From: an uncultured Lachnospiraceae bacterium
GTDB lineage: Bacteria > Bacillota > Clostridia > Oscillospirales > CAG-272
DNA length: 64,000 nt
Direction: 5' to 3'
Assembly: GCA_964498965.1 (NCBI GenBank)
Contig: CAZCJU010000002.1
Span: 3,798 to 67,797, forward strand
Position numbers and translations under genes: made by a program. Below the pieces are notes generated by a model. That model ran no database searches, was not told where the DNA came from, and saw only the letters and a program-made list of their open reading frames with translations. Positions 16,886 to 26,263 of this stretch are shown here, one piece after another (the first letter of the stretch is position 1; each line of letters begins with the position of its first letter).

Positions 16886-18579
16886 CTTTTTGCGAAAAAA
16901 TCACATATCGCCATGTCACCGCCGAAGCCTATGAAGCTTATCAAGAATATCATCAGCCATGGCATTTGCGAAAGTGCTTCGGGTATATCGCCTACATCGA
17001 AAAGCAGTGCGGTTACCGAGGAAACTATAACTACAACCATAAGCATTATGAGAATTGCAAATAATGCTCCGCAAAACAAAAATTCCGTTATAAATGTCAA
17101 ACGGGAGAACGGCTCGGCCGAAAAAACATCGGTAAATTCTTTGCGTTCCTCCTTGCTTAAGCTTAAACATTCGGCTTTTTTCGTTGCGATAAGTACCGAC
17201 AGATCAACTTTTTGATTGTTACATTCAAATGACTTAAACAGCCGTCTGCCGCCCACATTGAAGCAGCATGAATAAATATCGCATATATTCTCGCCTTTTT
17301 TTAACAGTGCCGTGCCGCACAGAAACGTGATAACCAATTCGTTTCCGATAACTTTTTCAAGACATTCCACTCTGTATTCGACGTTTTTTTCCGTACCGAT
17401 AAAATAACTCATACCGTAGCTTTCGACAAGACGAATTTTACCGATCTTTCCTTTCTTGTAAAACGTCGGATATTCGCCGCTGTAGCCGAGAGCGTGGAAA
17501 CTTTTTTCCACATTTGCTCGCAATTCGTTAAACTCCGTGCAGTGCAATGCTTCCGACTTGCGGATATATTCCGCTTGCGAGTTTGTTATCAAATCGTATA
17601 ATTCACGCCACATTTCCTCGCATTTGCTTTTGTTCAGCTCTTCGTCAAGTCTGTAAAAACTCATATATGTGTCCGAAGCGTTATTGAGCTTTTTTGCGGC
17701 AATGTCGAAAAGAGGCGATAAATGCGATAAGCCGTATTTTGCGGAGTAACACTTTAGCAGACCGAAATCGATTTCGTCCGAATGAAATTTGTTTTCCCGA
17801 ACAAAAGGGTGCAAAAGGGTAAGCTCCCGTAAAAGCGGCAGAATTTCCGCTTCCCTATCGTTACAGCTGTTTCTTCTTTCTATGTTGTCGAGAATATCAT
17901 AAGCAAGATACGAAAGCATATGCCAAGGCGATTGTACGAAGTCGGTAAATTCAACACGGAAAAACGTCTTTATGCATTTTGCGGTGTCAAAGCATATATT
18001 CAGCAGTGTCGAATCGGAGGTCGCCTCGCATTCGCCCGTGCATTCCAATATATAACGGTCACGCTCTTTCAAAATACGGGCATCGGCAAAGGACAGGTAA
18101 TCGAAGCCGGCAATATCGATATCACGCGTTAAATGCAGAACAAGCGTTTCTTCATAAGAATCAAAATCATCTGATAAAAGATGTAGCTCTCCGTCGCTTT
18201 TTGTGATACATTCACAGCACCCGGATTCCTCGAAGAACCGATAAAAGACGTTTGCGACATCGGGTGAAAAGTCGGATACGGAGCGTTCGAAGCGTGTTCT
18301 GCTTTCTTCGGCTTCGGCAAGCACGTACTCGTTACAGTAGGACAAAAATTCGAAGAATTCATTGTTGCTTTTCGAATCGGCAGTGTATTCCGAAGGCTTG
18401 TTCTCGGAATCAAAGTAACGCAGATATTCTTTCCTTGTATGCTTGCGTATCTTTTTTTGCGTTTTTTCATCAGCCGTTATCGGATCGATGTCAAATGTCG
18501 TTTTTGCCGATGAATACAAGAAAGCATAGTATTCCATACTGTCTTTATCCAAATCGGAAACGTCAAAAGAACGATACAT
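16879..18579 (-). CDS. hypothetical protein with a large cytoplasmic domain and two C-terminal TM helices
   Basis: The 566-aa ORF starts in a TAATG overlap with the upstream gene's stop codon. I recognise no family motif. Cys clusters are present (ESGCCECITK, ECTGECEATS, IYSCCFNVGG). Two hydrophobic helices lie at the C-terminus (...FLFCGALFAILIMLMVVVIVSSVTALLF... and MPWLMIFLISFIGFGG). Confidence 0.6.
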   Translation of the reverse strand: MYRSFDVSDLDKDSMEYYAFLYSSAKTTFDIDPITADEKTQKKIRKHTRKEYLRYFDSENKPSEYTADSKSNNEFFEFLSYCNEYVLAEAEESRTRFERSVSDFSPDVANVFYRFFEESGCCECITKSDGELHLLSDDFDSYEETLVLHLTRDIDIAGFDYLSFADARILKERDRYILECTGECEATSDSTLLNICFDTAKCIKTFFRVEFTDFVQSPWHMLSYLAYDILDNIERRNSCNDREAEILPLLRELTLLHPFVRENKFHSDEIDFGLLKCYSAKYGLSHLSPLFDIAAKKLNNASDTYMSFYRLDEELNKSKCEEMWRELYDLITNSQAEYIRKSEALHCTEFNELRANVEKSFHALGYSGEYPTFYKKGKIGKIRLVESYGMSYFIGTEKNVEYRVECLEKVIGNELVITFLCGTALLKKGENICDIYSCCFNVGGRRLFKSFECNNQKVDLSVLIATKKAECLSLSKEERKEFTDVFSAEPFSRLTFITEFLFCGALFAILIMLMVVVIVSSVTALLFDVGDIPEALSQMPWLMIFLISFIGFGGDMAICDFFAKRK

Positions 18580-19259
18580 TATTTTTCCTCGATGTATTCC
18601 GAACCGCCCATGCGAAAGCCAGCCGTCTTGCTTACCGGTAATGAAAACGTTACAGCTCCCGCTTCCGAGTTCGGACCGGCATTGTTTAATATCGCTTTCA
18701 TTATCTCGGCCTTGTTATCCGTATTTGCGACGATGAGTATTATCTCTTTTTCGTCGGCAATGGATACGTTGTAGAATTTTTCGGCGTTTTTCCCGCCCGT
18801 ACCCTTTGCGTGAATAACGGTTCCGCCCCTTGCACCGGCGGAGCGTGCCGCATCCATGACCGTGTCAGTGTGTCCTTCATTGGCAATTGCGATTATAAGC
18901 TCGTAATCGTAACTTAATTCGGGCATTTTCTTTTCCTCATTTACTCCTTTATTTAAATACATAAGAGTCTTGCGTCCCCCGACGCTCTTTATAGGCAGTG
19001 CGACGGTTATTCCGTTGCCGGGAACGTCTATGTAAAGACGCGAACGTTGATACGCTATCAGTTTTTCCGTGTCCGCATCCCCCGCAATCGTCATGAAGAT
19101 CCTTCTTTCCCTCGATTCGATGCCGAGCAGATCGAGTGTCCGCTTACTCGCCGTTCCGTGTCCGAATACAAGTGATGAAATGTTCAGCTGAAGCTGCCTG
19201 CATATGTCGGTCATTATTGCGGAACCCTCGGGATTAATTATTGATATTACGTAATTCAT
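18579..19259 (-). CDS. tandem PII-like (GlnB-fold) signal-transduction protein
   Basis: I prefer the ATG at 19257-19259 (MNYVISIINPEG...), which lies 5 nt after AGGAGG. The protein has two ~105-aa halves with a beta-alpha-beta PII-like pattern. The second half (YELIIAIANEGHTDTVMDAARSAGARGGTVIHAKGTGG...EKEIILIVANTDNKAEIMKAI) looks like the PII-like proteins usually found next to DUF1538 genes. Confidence 0.6.
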   Translation of the reverse strand: MNYVISIINPEGSAIMTDICRQLQLNISSLVFGHGTASKRTLDLLGIESRERRIFMTIAGDADTEKLIAYQRSRLYIDVPGNGITVALPIKSVGGRKTLMYLNKGVNEEKKMPELSYDYELIIAIANEGHTDTVMDAARSAGARGGTVIHAKGTGGKNAEKFYNVSIADEKEIILIVANTDNKAEIMKAILNNAGPNSEAGAVTFSLPVSKTAGFRMGGSEYIEEK

Positions 19260-19274
19260 TGCTTCCTCCTGCAA

Positions 19275-20786
19275 TCAATTCCAAAGCTCTATTACGTCCT
19301 CGCCCTCAAGAGCATCGTACGTATCGCTTGCGTGCGACTTCTTCCTTGTGTAGATGAATCCGAGCAACTGAATGGATATGAGCGGCATCATGGCAACCAT
19401 GGCAACAAGACCGAACGAATCCGTTAAAATGTTGCCGCCCAAGGCATCGCACGCACCCATCATAAATTGCAGCATGAACGTGGCTGTCATCGGACCCGAC
19501 GCAACTCCGCCCGAGTCGAATGCGATTGCGGTAAATATATCCGGAACGAAAAACGAAAGAATGAGTGCTATTAAATATCCGGGAACGATAAACCACATTA
19601 TCGATATCCCCGTAATTACTCGAAGCATGGATAAGCCCATTGCCGACGATATGGCGATCGAAAGAGCAATCGTTATCGCTTTTCCCGAAATCGCTCCGGC
19701 ACTGACCTCTTCTATCTGCTTTTTGAGAACGTGTACGGCAGGCTCGGCAGATATGATGAACCAACCAATGAGCATCGACAGAGGGATAAGTATGTACTTC
19801 GTGTTTCCCTCGGCGAGCTTTGAGCCGAGAACCGTACCGAGAGCCGAAAAGCCCACGTTTACACCTGTCAAAAAGAGAACCAATCCTATGTAAGTGTAAA
19901 GAATTCCGAGAAGTATCTTAAATACCGATTTCTTCGGTAATTTAAACGAGAAAAATTGGAATATGAGAAATATTACCGCAATGGGGGAAAGTGATATTGC
20001 GATCTCGCCCATGTACTCGGGAAGTGCCGATAAATAAGACCTTCCGATTTCAACGGTGCTGTTCCATGTACTGGGCAATTCAAGCACCGCATTCGCATCG
20101 CCGCTGTAGAAAAATCCGAGTACCAAAACGGCTAAAATAGGTCCGATCGAGCAAAGTGCCACAAGACCGAAGCTGTCCGCTTCCGCTTTTTTGTCGCTTC
20201 GTATGTTGGCAACACCGACGCCGAGAGCGAGAATAAACGGAACTGTCATAGGTCCGGTGGTGACACCGCCCGCATCGAATGCGATGCTCAAAAAATCGGG
20301 ATCGGAAAAAGTCGCAAGCATGAATGCGAGTGCGTAAAAGAACATGAGCAGCCACCTGAGTCGCACTCCGTGTATGATCCTGAACATACATATGGCGAGA
20401 AACAGACCGACGCCTATGCTCACCGTCATTATCAAAACAAAACTGTCAATGTGCGGTACGGTGTCGGCAAGCACCTGCAGATCGGGTTCGGATACGGTGA
20501 TAGCAATACCGAGGATGAAGCTTACAAGTAAAATAAACCACATTCGTCTTGACTTTGTCAATGCTGTTCCGATCTTTGAACCGATCAACGTCATCGACAT
20601 ATCCGCACCGAGAGAAAAAAGTCCGATGCCGACAACGATCATTAATGAGCCGATAAGAAAAGAAAGCAAAAGGTCTGCGGAAATAGGTGCAACTGTCAAA
20701 CACAGCACCGTAACGGTCAAAATTATGGGTAAGACCGATATTGCGGATTCCCGCAACTTTTCGACAACGAGAGCCTTCTTTTTCAC
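19275..20786 (-). CDS. DUF1538 family membrane protein (two fused DUF1538 halves)
   Basis: The track ORF runs to a TTG at 20804. I prefer the GTG at 20784-20786 (MKKKALVVEKLRESAISVLPI...), which lies 7 nt after AAAGGA. The protein is polytopic and internally duplicated: compare ...AFDAGGVTTGPMTVPFILALGVGV... with ...AFDSGGVASGPMTATFMLQFMMG.... Confidence 0.65.
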   Translation of the reverse strand: MKKKALVVEKLRESAISVLPIILTVTVLCLTVAPISADLLLSFLIGSLMIVVGIGLFSLGADMSMTLIGSKIGTALTKSRRMWFILLVSFILGIAITVSEPDLQVLADTVPHIDSFVLIMTVSIGVGLFLAICMFRIIHGVRLRWLLMFFYALAFMLATFSDPDFLSIAFDAGGVTTGPMTVPFILALGVGVANIRSDKKAEADSFGLVALCSIGPILAVLVLGFFYSGDANAVLELPSTWNSTVEIGRSYLSALPEYMGEIAISLSPIAVIFLIFQFFSFKLPKKSVFKILLGILYTYIGLVLFLTGVNVGFSALGTVLGSKLAEGNTKYILIPLSMLIGWFIISAEPAVHVLKKQIEEVSAGAISGKAITIALSIAISSAMGLSMLRVITGISIMWFIVPGYLIALILSFFVPDIFTAIAFDSGGVASGPMTATFMLQFMMGACDALGGNILTDSFGLVAMVAMMPLISIQLLGFIYTRKKSHASDTYDALEGEDVIELWN

Positions 20787-21104
20787 CAAAACATCCTTTC
20801 TCAATATCCATCACTCCATTCGCCGTAAAAATCAATTAATTATATCATAAACGGATAACCGAATCGGTGAAAAATCGGTAAATTTTCTTCTGCGAAAAGA
20901 AAATTTATATAAATAATAATTGAAAAATCACGGTGCTTGTAAAATTTTCTTTAATATTTATCAAGATATAAGATTTATTAAATATTTTATGCTATTATAT
21001 AAAATCGGGTATGCGTATGCGTTGCCGAAACGCCGATGCTCATGCCGAAACATGATCGATACGATCGATGTGATCGATACGATTGAAATTTCAAGGAGAG
21101 TACG

Positions 21105-22937
21105 TTGAAAATTTACCGAATTGCCGCAGGCTTGCTGTGCCTGCTGCTCGTGCTGTCATCGTTTGCCTCTTGTGCCGGAAAAAACGCCGACACCTCGACC
21201 TTCGAAGCTGCGTCCGGCGGATCATCGACGAACGGCGACGAGAAGGAGAATGACAAAGACGACAAATACGTCAATGCCGAATTTTCTTTGAAAGGCGGCG
21301 TGTACGATTCAAAACAAATACTTGAATTGACACTGCCGAATAACGCTCCGAGCGGCTCGTACATAACCTATACCTTGAACGGTGACGAGCCGAAAGCCGA
21401 CGGAAAAAGGTATAATGACGGAATAACGGTATGCACTGCGGATTCGTCTGTTTGCGTAAGAGCCGTATGCTTTTCGGAGAATGGCGAGCAGCTCGGCAGG
21501 ATCAAGACCAATACCTATATCTATGCGAAAAAAAACAGATTCAATACGGCGATAGTATCTCTTGTAACGGATGAGAAAAATCTGTACGGGGATAGCGGAA
21601 TAATCTCGAATCCTCTATGCTCGGGCAAGGAGTGGGAGCGACCGTGTCACGTTGAAATGTTTACCTCGTCCGGCGAAGAAATGATATCACAAGATGCCGG
21701 TATAAGACTTTTCGGAGGCTCGTCGAGAACGCTTGCCCAAAAGTCGTTCAGACTTGTGGCAAGACGCGATGGCTATTACGATGAACTGAAATATAACGGA
21801 AACGGTTCGTTCGATTATCCGCTTTTCGAAAACAGATACGTAATGGCGGGAGAAAACAAGGGAAAGCTTCTTGAACGGTACGACAGAGTCATTTTGAGAA
21901 ACGGCGGAAACGATTCCATGCAACACCGCTCGGAGGATGGAACGTCGATGACGCTTTTGCGTGACGGTGTGGCGAATAATTATGCGTTGAAGTATGCCGA
22001 AGCCGTCCCCGCTCAGGCATCTCGATTCGTTGCGGTGTATCTCAACGGCGAGTATTACGGCATCTTGGATATGAAAGAGGATATAAACGACGATTATTTT
22101 TCGAATGTGTACGGCATAGAGAATAAAGACGAAGTGGCGATCATCAAATCGGAGCTTGACACATCGAGAAAATGCGAGCGACACAACAACGGCTCATATT
22201 GCAGATATTGCGGCACATGGTTTTATTACGAGCTTGATTGCGGTAATGACTCGGAGCTGGACGAATTCGAAGCGTTTTGTAAAAAGATAATAGGCTCAAA
22301 CGGGAACAACGACGAGGAGCTTTACCGTCAGCTGATGCAAGTGTTCGATATCGACAATTTGATACAGTATACCTTGCTTAATCTGTATATCTGTAATACG
22401 GACTGGGCACATAATAACCTGCGTATTTGGAGATATACGGGTCAAACCGATGCTTCGAATCCTTATAAGGACGGGCGTTGGAGGTTTACGACAAGAGATA
22501 TGGACTTTTCGTTCGGCAGATACGAAAGTATGTCCTTGCCCGAATTGTATACGCAGGCCGACACGGACACGTTTGCGTTCGTCCTCGGAGAATATAACGG
22601 AGATTACGGATACGGTAACGCTTACGGCGATCCGCTGTATCTGAAAGGAATATTGAATTTCTGCTTGAAAAACGGCGATTTCAAAACGAAATTCGAAGCT
22701 TATGCGAAAACCCTTATTTCCTCAAACGCCGTCGGCGACCTTACGACGCTGACAAAAGCGGCACGCAGTGAAATATCCGGAGAAATATCCTATCACATAA
22801 CACGGTGGTCCGATACGATCTCACGGTATATGAATAAGCGTGCTTGGGAAACAAGCTGTAGTCATCAGCTCGGCTGGATAAACGAGCGAAGCGAAAAATT
22901 CTCGGCATATCTCGAAAAATGCTTAAAAAAATATTGA
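21105..22937 (+). CDS. CotH kinase family lipoprotein with an N-terminal Fn3/chitobiase-C-like domain
   Basis: The 610-aa ORF starts at a TTG after AAGGAGAG. The lipoprotein signal is LLVLSSFASC-AGK. The CotH-like core includes SFRLVARRDGYY, ILRNGGNDS and RFVAVYLNGEYYGILDMKEDINDDYF. Confidence 0.7.
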   Translation: MKIYRIAAGLLCLLLVLSSFASCAGKNADTSTFEAASGGSSTNGDEKENDKDDKYVNAEFSLKGGVYDSKQILELTLPNNAPSGSYITYTLNGDEPKADGKRYNDGITVCTADSSVCVRAVCFSENGEQLGRIKTNTYIYAKKNRFNTAIVSLVTDEKNLYGDSGIISNPLCSGKEWERPCHVEMFTSSGEEMISQDAGIRLFGGSSRTLAQKSFRLVARRDGYYDELKYNGNGSFDYPLFENRYVMAGENKGKLLERYDRVILRNGGNDSMQHRSEDGTSMTLLRDGVANNYALKYAEAVPAQASRFVAVYLNGEYYGILDMKEDINDDYFSNVYGIENKDEVAIIKSELDTSRKCERHNNGSYCRYCGTWFYYELDCGNDSELDEFEAFCKKIIGSNGNNDEELYRQLMQVFDIDNLIQYTLLNLYICNTDWAHNNLRIWRYTGQTDASNPYKDGRWRFTTRDMDFSFGRYESMSLPELYTQADTDTFAFVLGEYNGDYGYGNAYGDPLYLKGILNFCLKNGDFKTKFEAYAKTLISSNAVGDLTTLTKAARSEISGEISYHITRWSDTISRYMNKRAWETSCSHQLGWINERSEKFSAYLEKCLKKY

Positions 22938-22952
22938 ATGGAGTGAATAAAA

Positions 22953-24143
22953 ATGGAAAGACTTATCGGAACGGTTTCAAGAGGCGTAAGAGCACCTATT
23001 ATCAGAGCGGGAGATGATATCGCACAGATAGTTGCGGACAGCGTACTTGCCGCCGCAAAGTCGGAGGACTTCGAGCTTCGCGATCGTGATGTTATAGCGG
23101 TAACGGAAGCGGTCGTGGCAAGAGCGCAAGGTAACTACGCAAGCGTAGAGCAGATCGGCAAGGATATCGCCGCAAAATTCCCCAAAGGTCATATCGGAGT
23201 TATTTTCCCGATACTCAGCCGTAACAGATTCGCCATTTGCCTTAAAGGCATCGCCATGGGTGCGAAAAAGATAACACTTATGCTCAGCTATCCCGCAGAC
23301 GAGGTAGGAAATCACCTTTTCGACGACGAGCTTCTCGACGAAAAGGACGTTGACCCCTACAGAGATGTTCTTGACGAGAAAAAATACAGAGAGCTGTTCG
23401 GCTATGTTAAACATCCCTTTACCGGCGTGGATTATGTCGAATATTATAAAGAGCTTATCGCATCGGTCGGATGTGAAGTAGAGGTTGTACTCGCAAACGA
23501 TTGCCGCACGATACTTAATTATACGAAAAACGTAATAAATTGTGATATCCATACACGTAAAATGACGGCACGCAGACTGAAAAAAGCGGGTGCCGAAACG
23601 GTCATGTCGCTCGACGAGATCATGACCGCCCCCGTTGACGGAAGCGGATATAACGAAAACTTCGGTCTGCTCGGCTCGAATAAGGCTACCGAAACCACGA
23701 TCAAGCTTTTCCCCAGAGATTGCAAGCCCGTAGTCGAAAAAATTCAAAAATTGGTAAATGAAGCGACGGGAAAGCACGTCGAGGTCATGGTGTACGGCGA
23801 CGGAGCGTTTAAGGACCCCGTGGGAAAAATTTGGGAACTTGCGGATCCCGTTGTATCCCCCGCTTATACCGACGGTCTTATCGGACAGCCTAATGAGGTG
23901 AAGCTGAAATATCTTGCCGATAATGATTTTGCACAGCTCTCGGGCGACGCTCTTAAGGAAGCTATATCCGAGTATATCAGAAATAAGGACGATAACCTCG
24001 TCGGAAAAATGGTATCTCAAGGCACAACGCCCAGACGTCTCACCGACCTCATAGGAAGCCTTTGCGATCTTACGTCGGGAAGCGGTGACAAGGGAACTCC
24101 TATCGTTTTGGTGCAGGGCTACTTCGACAACTACACAAAATAA
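22953..24143 (+). CDS. CofE/FbiB-like (F420-0:gamma-glutamyl ligase family) protein with a C-terminal extension
   Basis: The N-terminus of this 396-aa ORF matches the CofE-family pattern (...[18 protein letters not shown]...[21 protein letters not shown]). The protein is about 150 aa longer than archaeal CofE. This is a by-eye call only. Confidence 0.45.
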   Translation: MERLIGTVSRGVRAPIIRAGDDIAQIVADSVLAAAKSEDFELRDRDVIAVTEAVVARAQGNYASVEQIGKDIAAKFPKGHIGVIFPILSRNRFAICLKGIAMGAKKITLMLSYPADEVGNHLFDDELLDEKDVDPYRDVLDEKKYRELFGYVKHPFTGVDYVEYYKELIASVGCEVEVVLANDCRTILNYTKNVINCDIHTRKMTARRLKKAGAETVMSLDEIMTAPVDGSGYNENFGLLGSNKATETTIKLFPRDCKPVVEKIQKLVNEATGKHVEVMVYGDGAFKDPVGKIWELADPVVSPAYTDGLIGQPNEVKLKYLADNDFAQLSGDALKEAISEYIRNKDDNLVGKMVSQGTTPRRLTDLIGSLCDLTSGSGDKGTPIVLVQGYFDNYTK

Positions 24144-24158
24144 TCTGGAAAATTTGAA

Positions 24159-25046
24159 ATGATAAAGAGCATGACGGGCTACGGCAGAAGCCGTATGACG
24201 GTAAACGGACGTGATATCACCGTCGAAATGAAATCGGTAAACAATAGGTATTTCGAGTGCAACGTGAAGTTGCCCCGTTCGTATATGTACCTTGAAGAAA
24301 ATGTCAAAACGTATATTCAGGCGTGCGGCATATCAAGAGGAAAGCTCGACGTTTTCATTGCGATCGATATGCCGGAGGGAGAGGGAATTACCATCTCCCT
24401 CGACGAGGCTTATACAAACTCATATCTTCAGGCTCTGAACAAGCTTGTGAGCGAGTACGGACTTAAGGACGATATTTCGGCTATGCGTGTTGCCGCAAAC
24501 CGAGATATATTCACATTGAAAAAGCCGGAGGACGATCTTGAGGGCGAATGGGAAAACGTAAAGACAGTCTTGGCGAGTGCCATAGAAGCCTTCGATAAAG
24601 CAAGAACGGGAGAGGGAGAACGGTTAGAGAAAGATATCGAGATAAAAAAAGAGAATATCTCAGGTTGCATTTCGAAAATAGCCATGCTCGGCGATTCGGC
24701 GGCTAAACAATACGAGGAACGGCTTCGTATGCGGCTTAAAGATGTCATCGAGCAAAACGATATTACGTATTCCGAAAGCCGAATACTTACCGAATGTGCG
24801 TTGTTTGCGGACAGAGTTGCCATAGACGAGGAGATAGTTCGTCTGAAAAGCCATATTTGTGCATTCGACGAATATCTGCACTCTGATGAACCTGTCGGCA
24901 GAAAGCTTGATTTTCAGCTTCAGGAAATGAACCGAGAAGCCAATACCATAGGTTCAAAGGCACAAAACACGGATATAACACGGCTCGTGGTGGAGATCAA
25001 ATGCGATTTGGAAAAAATACGAGAACAAATACAAAATATAGAGTAG
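24159..25046 (+). CDS. yicC: YicC/YloC family endoribonuclease (stress-induced protein)
   Basis: The 295-aa ORF has the N-terminus MIKSMTGYGRS and the C-terminal motif EMNREANTIGSKA. Confidence 0.85.
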   Translation: MIKSMTGYGRSRMTVNGRDITVEMKSVNNRYFECNVKLPRSYMYLEENVKTYIQACGISRGKLDVFIAIDMPEGEGITISLDEAYTNSYLQALNKLVSEYGLKDDISAMRVAANRDIFTLKKPEDDLEGEWENVKTVLASAIEAFDKARTGEGERLEKDIEIKKENISGCISKIAMLGDSAAKQYEERLRMRLKDVIEQNDITYSESRILTECALFADRVAIDEEIVRLKSHICAFDEYLHSDEPVGRKLDFQLQEMNREANTIGSKAQNTDITRLVVEIKCDLEKIREQIQNIE

Positions 25047-25053
25047 AAACGCA

Positions 25054-25305
25054 ATGAAGCTGATTGATGTAGGCTATGGCAATATGGTTGCCGCCGAAAG
25101 GATAGTCGCACTCTGTTCGCCGGAATCGGCACCGATAAAGCGTCTTGTCGCAGAGGCAAAGGAAAACGGCTACGCTTTGGACGTGACTTGCGGAAAACGT
25201 ACGAAAAGCGTTATAATATTGGATAACGATACGGTAGTGCTGTGTTCTTATACGCCCGAAAAAGTTTCGGCACGCACCGAGGACGAGGAATACGAGGGCG
25301 AATAA
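25054..25305 (+). CDS. remA: RemA/DUF370 family regulator
   Basis: The 83-aa ORF reads MKLIDVGYGNMVAAERIVALCSPESAPIKRLV...GKRTKSVIILDNDTVVLCS and occupies the conserved position between yicC and gmk. Confidence 0.8.
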   Translation: MKLIDVGYGNMVAAERIVALCSPESAPIKRLVAEAKENGYALDVTCGKRTKSVIILDNDTVVLCSYTPEKVSARTEDEEYEGE

Positions 25306-25347
25306 AAGCGAATACGAATGAATAAATAAGGAACGGTCACATATATA

Positions 25348-25959
25348 ATGAAAAAAGGACTATTGTTTGTTGTGTCCGGCCCCGCCGGAAGCGGTAAGGG
25401 GACGGTGTTGGGCGAACTGTTTAAGGCAAGCGAAGAGTTTGCTTATTCGGTATCGGCAACGACACGCTCACCCAGACCGGGCGAGCAACACGGGAAAAAT
25501 TACTATTATATAACTAAGGACGAATTTCAAAGACTCGTTGAAGCGGACAGCTTTATCGAGTATGCCGAATATGTCGATAATTGCTATGGCACACTCAGAT
25601 CCGAAGTCGAAACAAGGCTTGAAAACGGCATAAACGTCGTTTTGGAGATCGAGGTGCAGGGTGCGTTGCAGGTCAAGGAAAGATTTCCCGAAGCGGTGTT
25701 CGTGCTTTTGCTTCCTCCAAACTATTCGACGCTTTCTTATCGCTTGCATAAGAGAGGAACGGAGCCTGAGGACGTGATACAGCAAAGACTTGAACAGGCG
25801 AAAAACGAATTGAAGTATTTTGACCTTTACGATTATGTTATCACAAACGAAAACGGCGTGATAGAACCGGCAGTTAAAACTCTTATGGCTATTGCGGATG
25901 CGGAAAAGCATAAGGTGTCGAGAACAAATAATTTTGTCGAAGAATTTCTTAATAACTAA
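25348..25959 (+). CDS. gmk: guanylate kinase
   Basis: The 203-aa ORF has the P-loop SGPAGSGKGT and the motif SATTRSPRPGE..G..YYY. Confidence 0.9.
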   Translation: MKKGLLFVVSGPAGSGKGTVLGELFKASEEFAYSVSATTRSPRPGEQHGKNYYYITKDEFQRLVEADSFIEYAEYVDNCYGTLRSEVETRLENGINVVLEIEVQGALQVKERFPEAVFVLLLPPNYSTLSYRLHKRGTEPEDVIQQRLEQAKNELKYFDLYDYVITNENGVIEPAVKTLMAIADAEKHKVSRTNNFVEEFLNN

Positions 25960-25981
25960 ACCCGAAAGGAATTGTACGGAA

Positions 25982-26263
25982 ATGATCAAACCGTCGATAG
26001 AAGAACTTACGCAAAACGGAAAATATAACAGATACGAGCTTGTTATCGCAACCTCAAAGTGTGCTCATATCGTTACCGACGAATATGTCCGTCAACGTGC
26101 GGAGGCAGAGCGTCGCATCAACAATAAGGAAGATCGCCCGCTTGTGTCCATGATAAGCAAGGATCTGCGTGACGAAAAAGCGGTAAAGAACGCAATAAGA
26201 ATGCTTTACAGCGGCGAATACGAGATCGCCGAGCAAAAGGAAGACGGAGAAACGGATATATAA
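25982..26263 (+). CDS. rpoZ: DNA-directed RNA polymerase subunit omega
   Basis: The first ATG after the gmk stop gives the start (MIKPSIEELTQNGKYNRYELVIATSKCAHIV...). The position after gmk is conserved. Confidence 0.75.
   Translation: MIKPSIEELTQNGKYNRYELVIATSKCAHIVTDEYVRQRAEAERRINNKEDRPLVSMISKDLRDEKAVKNAIRMLYSGEYEIAEQKEDGETDI

Noticed and set aside
20920-21108. A 62-aa ORF in the AT-rich region upstream of the CotH gene.
   Set aside because: It lies in a promoter/leader region, has no RBS, shows low-complexity composition, and overlaps the repeat cluster and the CotH RBS.
22977-24020. A 347-aa ORF on the minus strand, fully antisense to the CofE-like gene.
   Set aside because: It is a shadow ORF: it has no RBS or recognisable domain, and its composition is odd (rich in F/I/R/C). 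The plus-strand frame has clear family motifs. The same reasoning applies to the antisense ORFs 26206-26805, 27547-28212, 36014-36616, 13294-13908 and 16203-16688.
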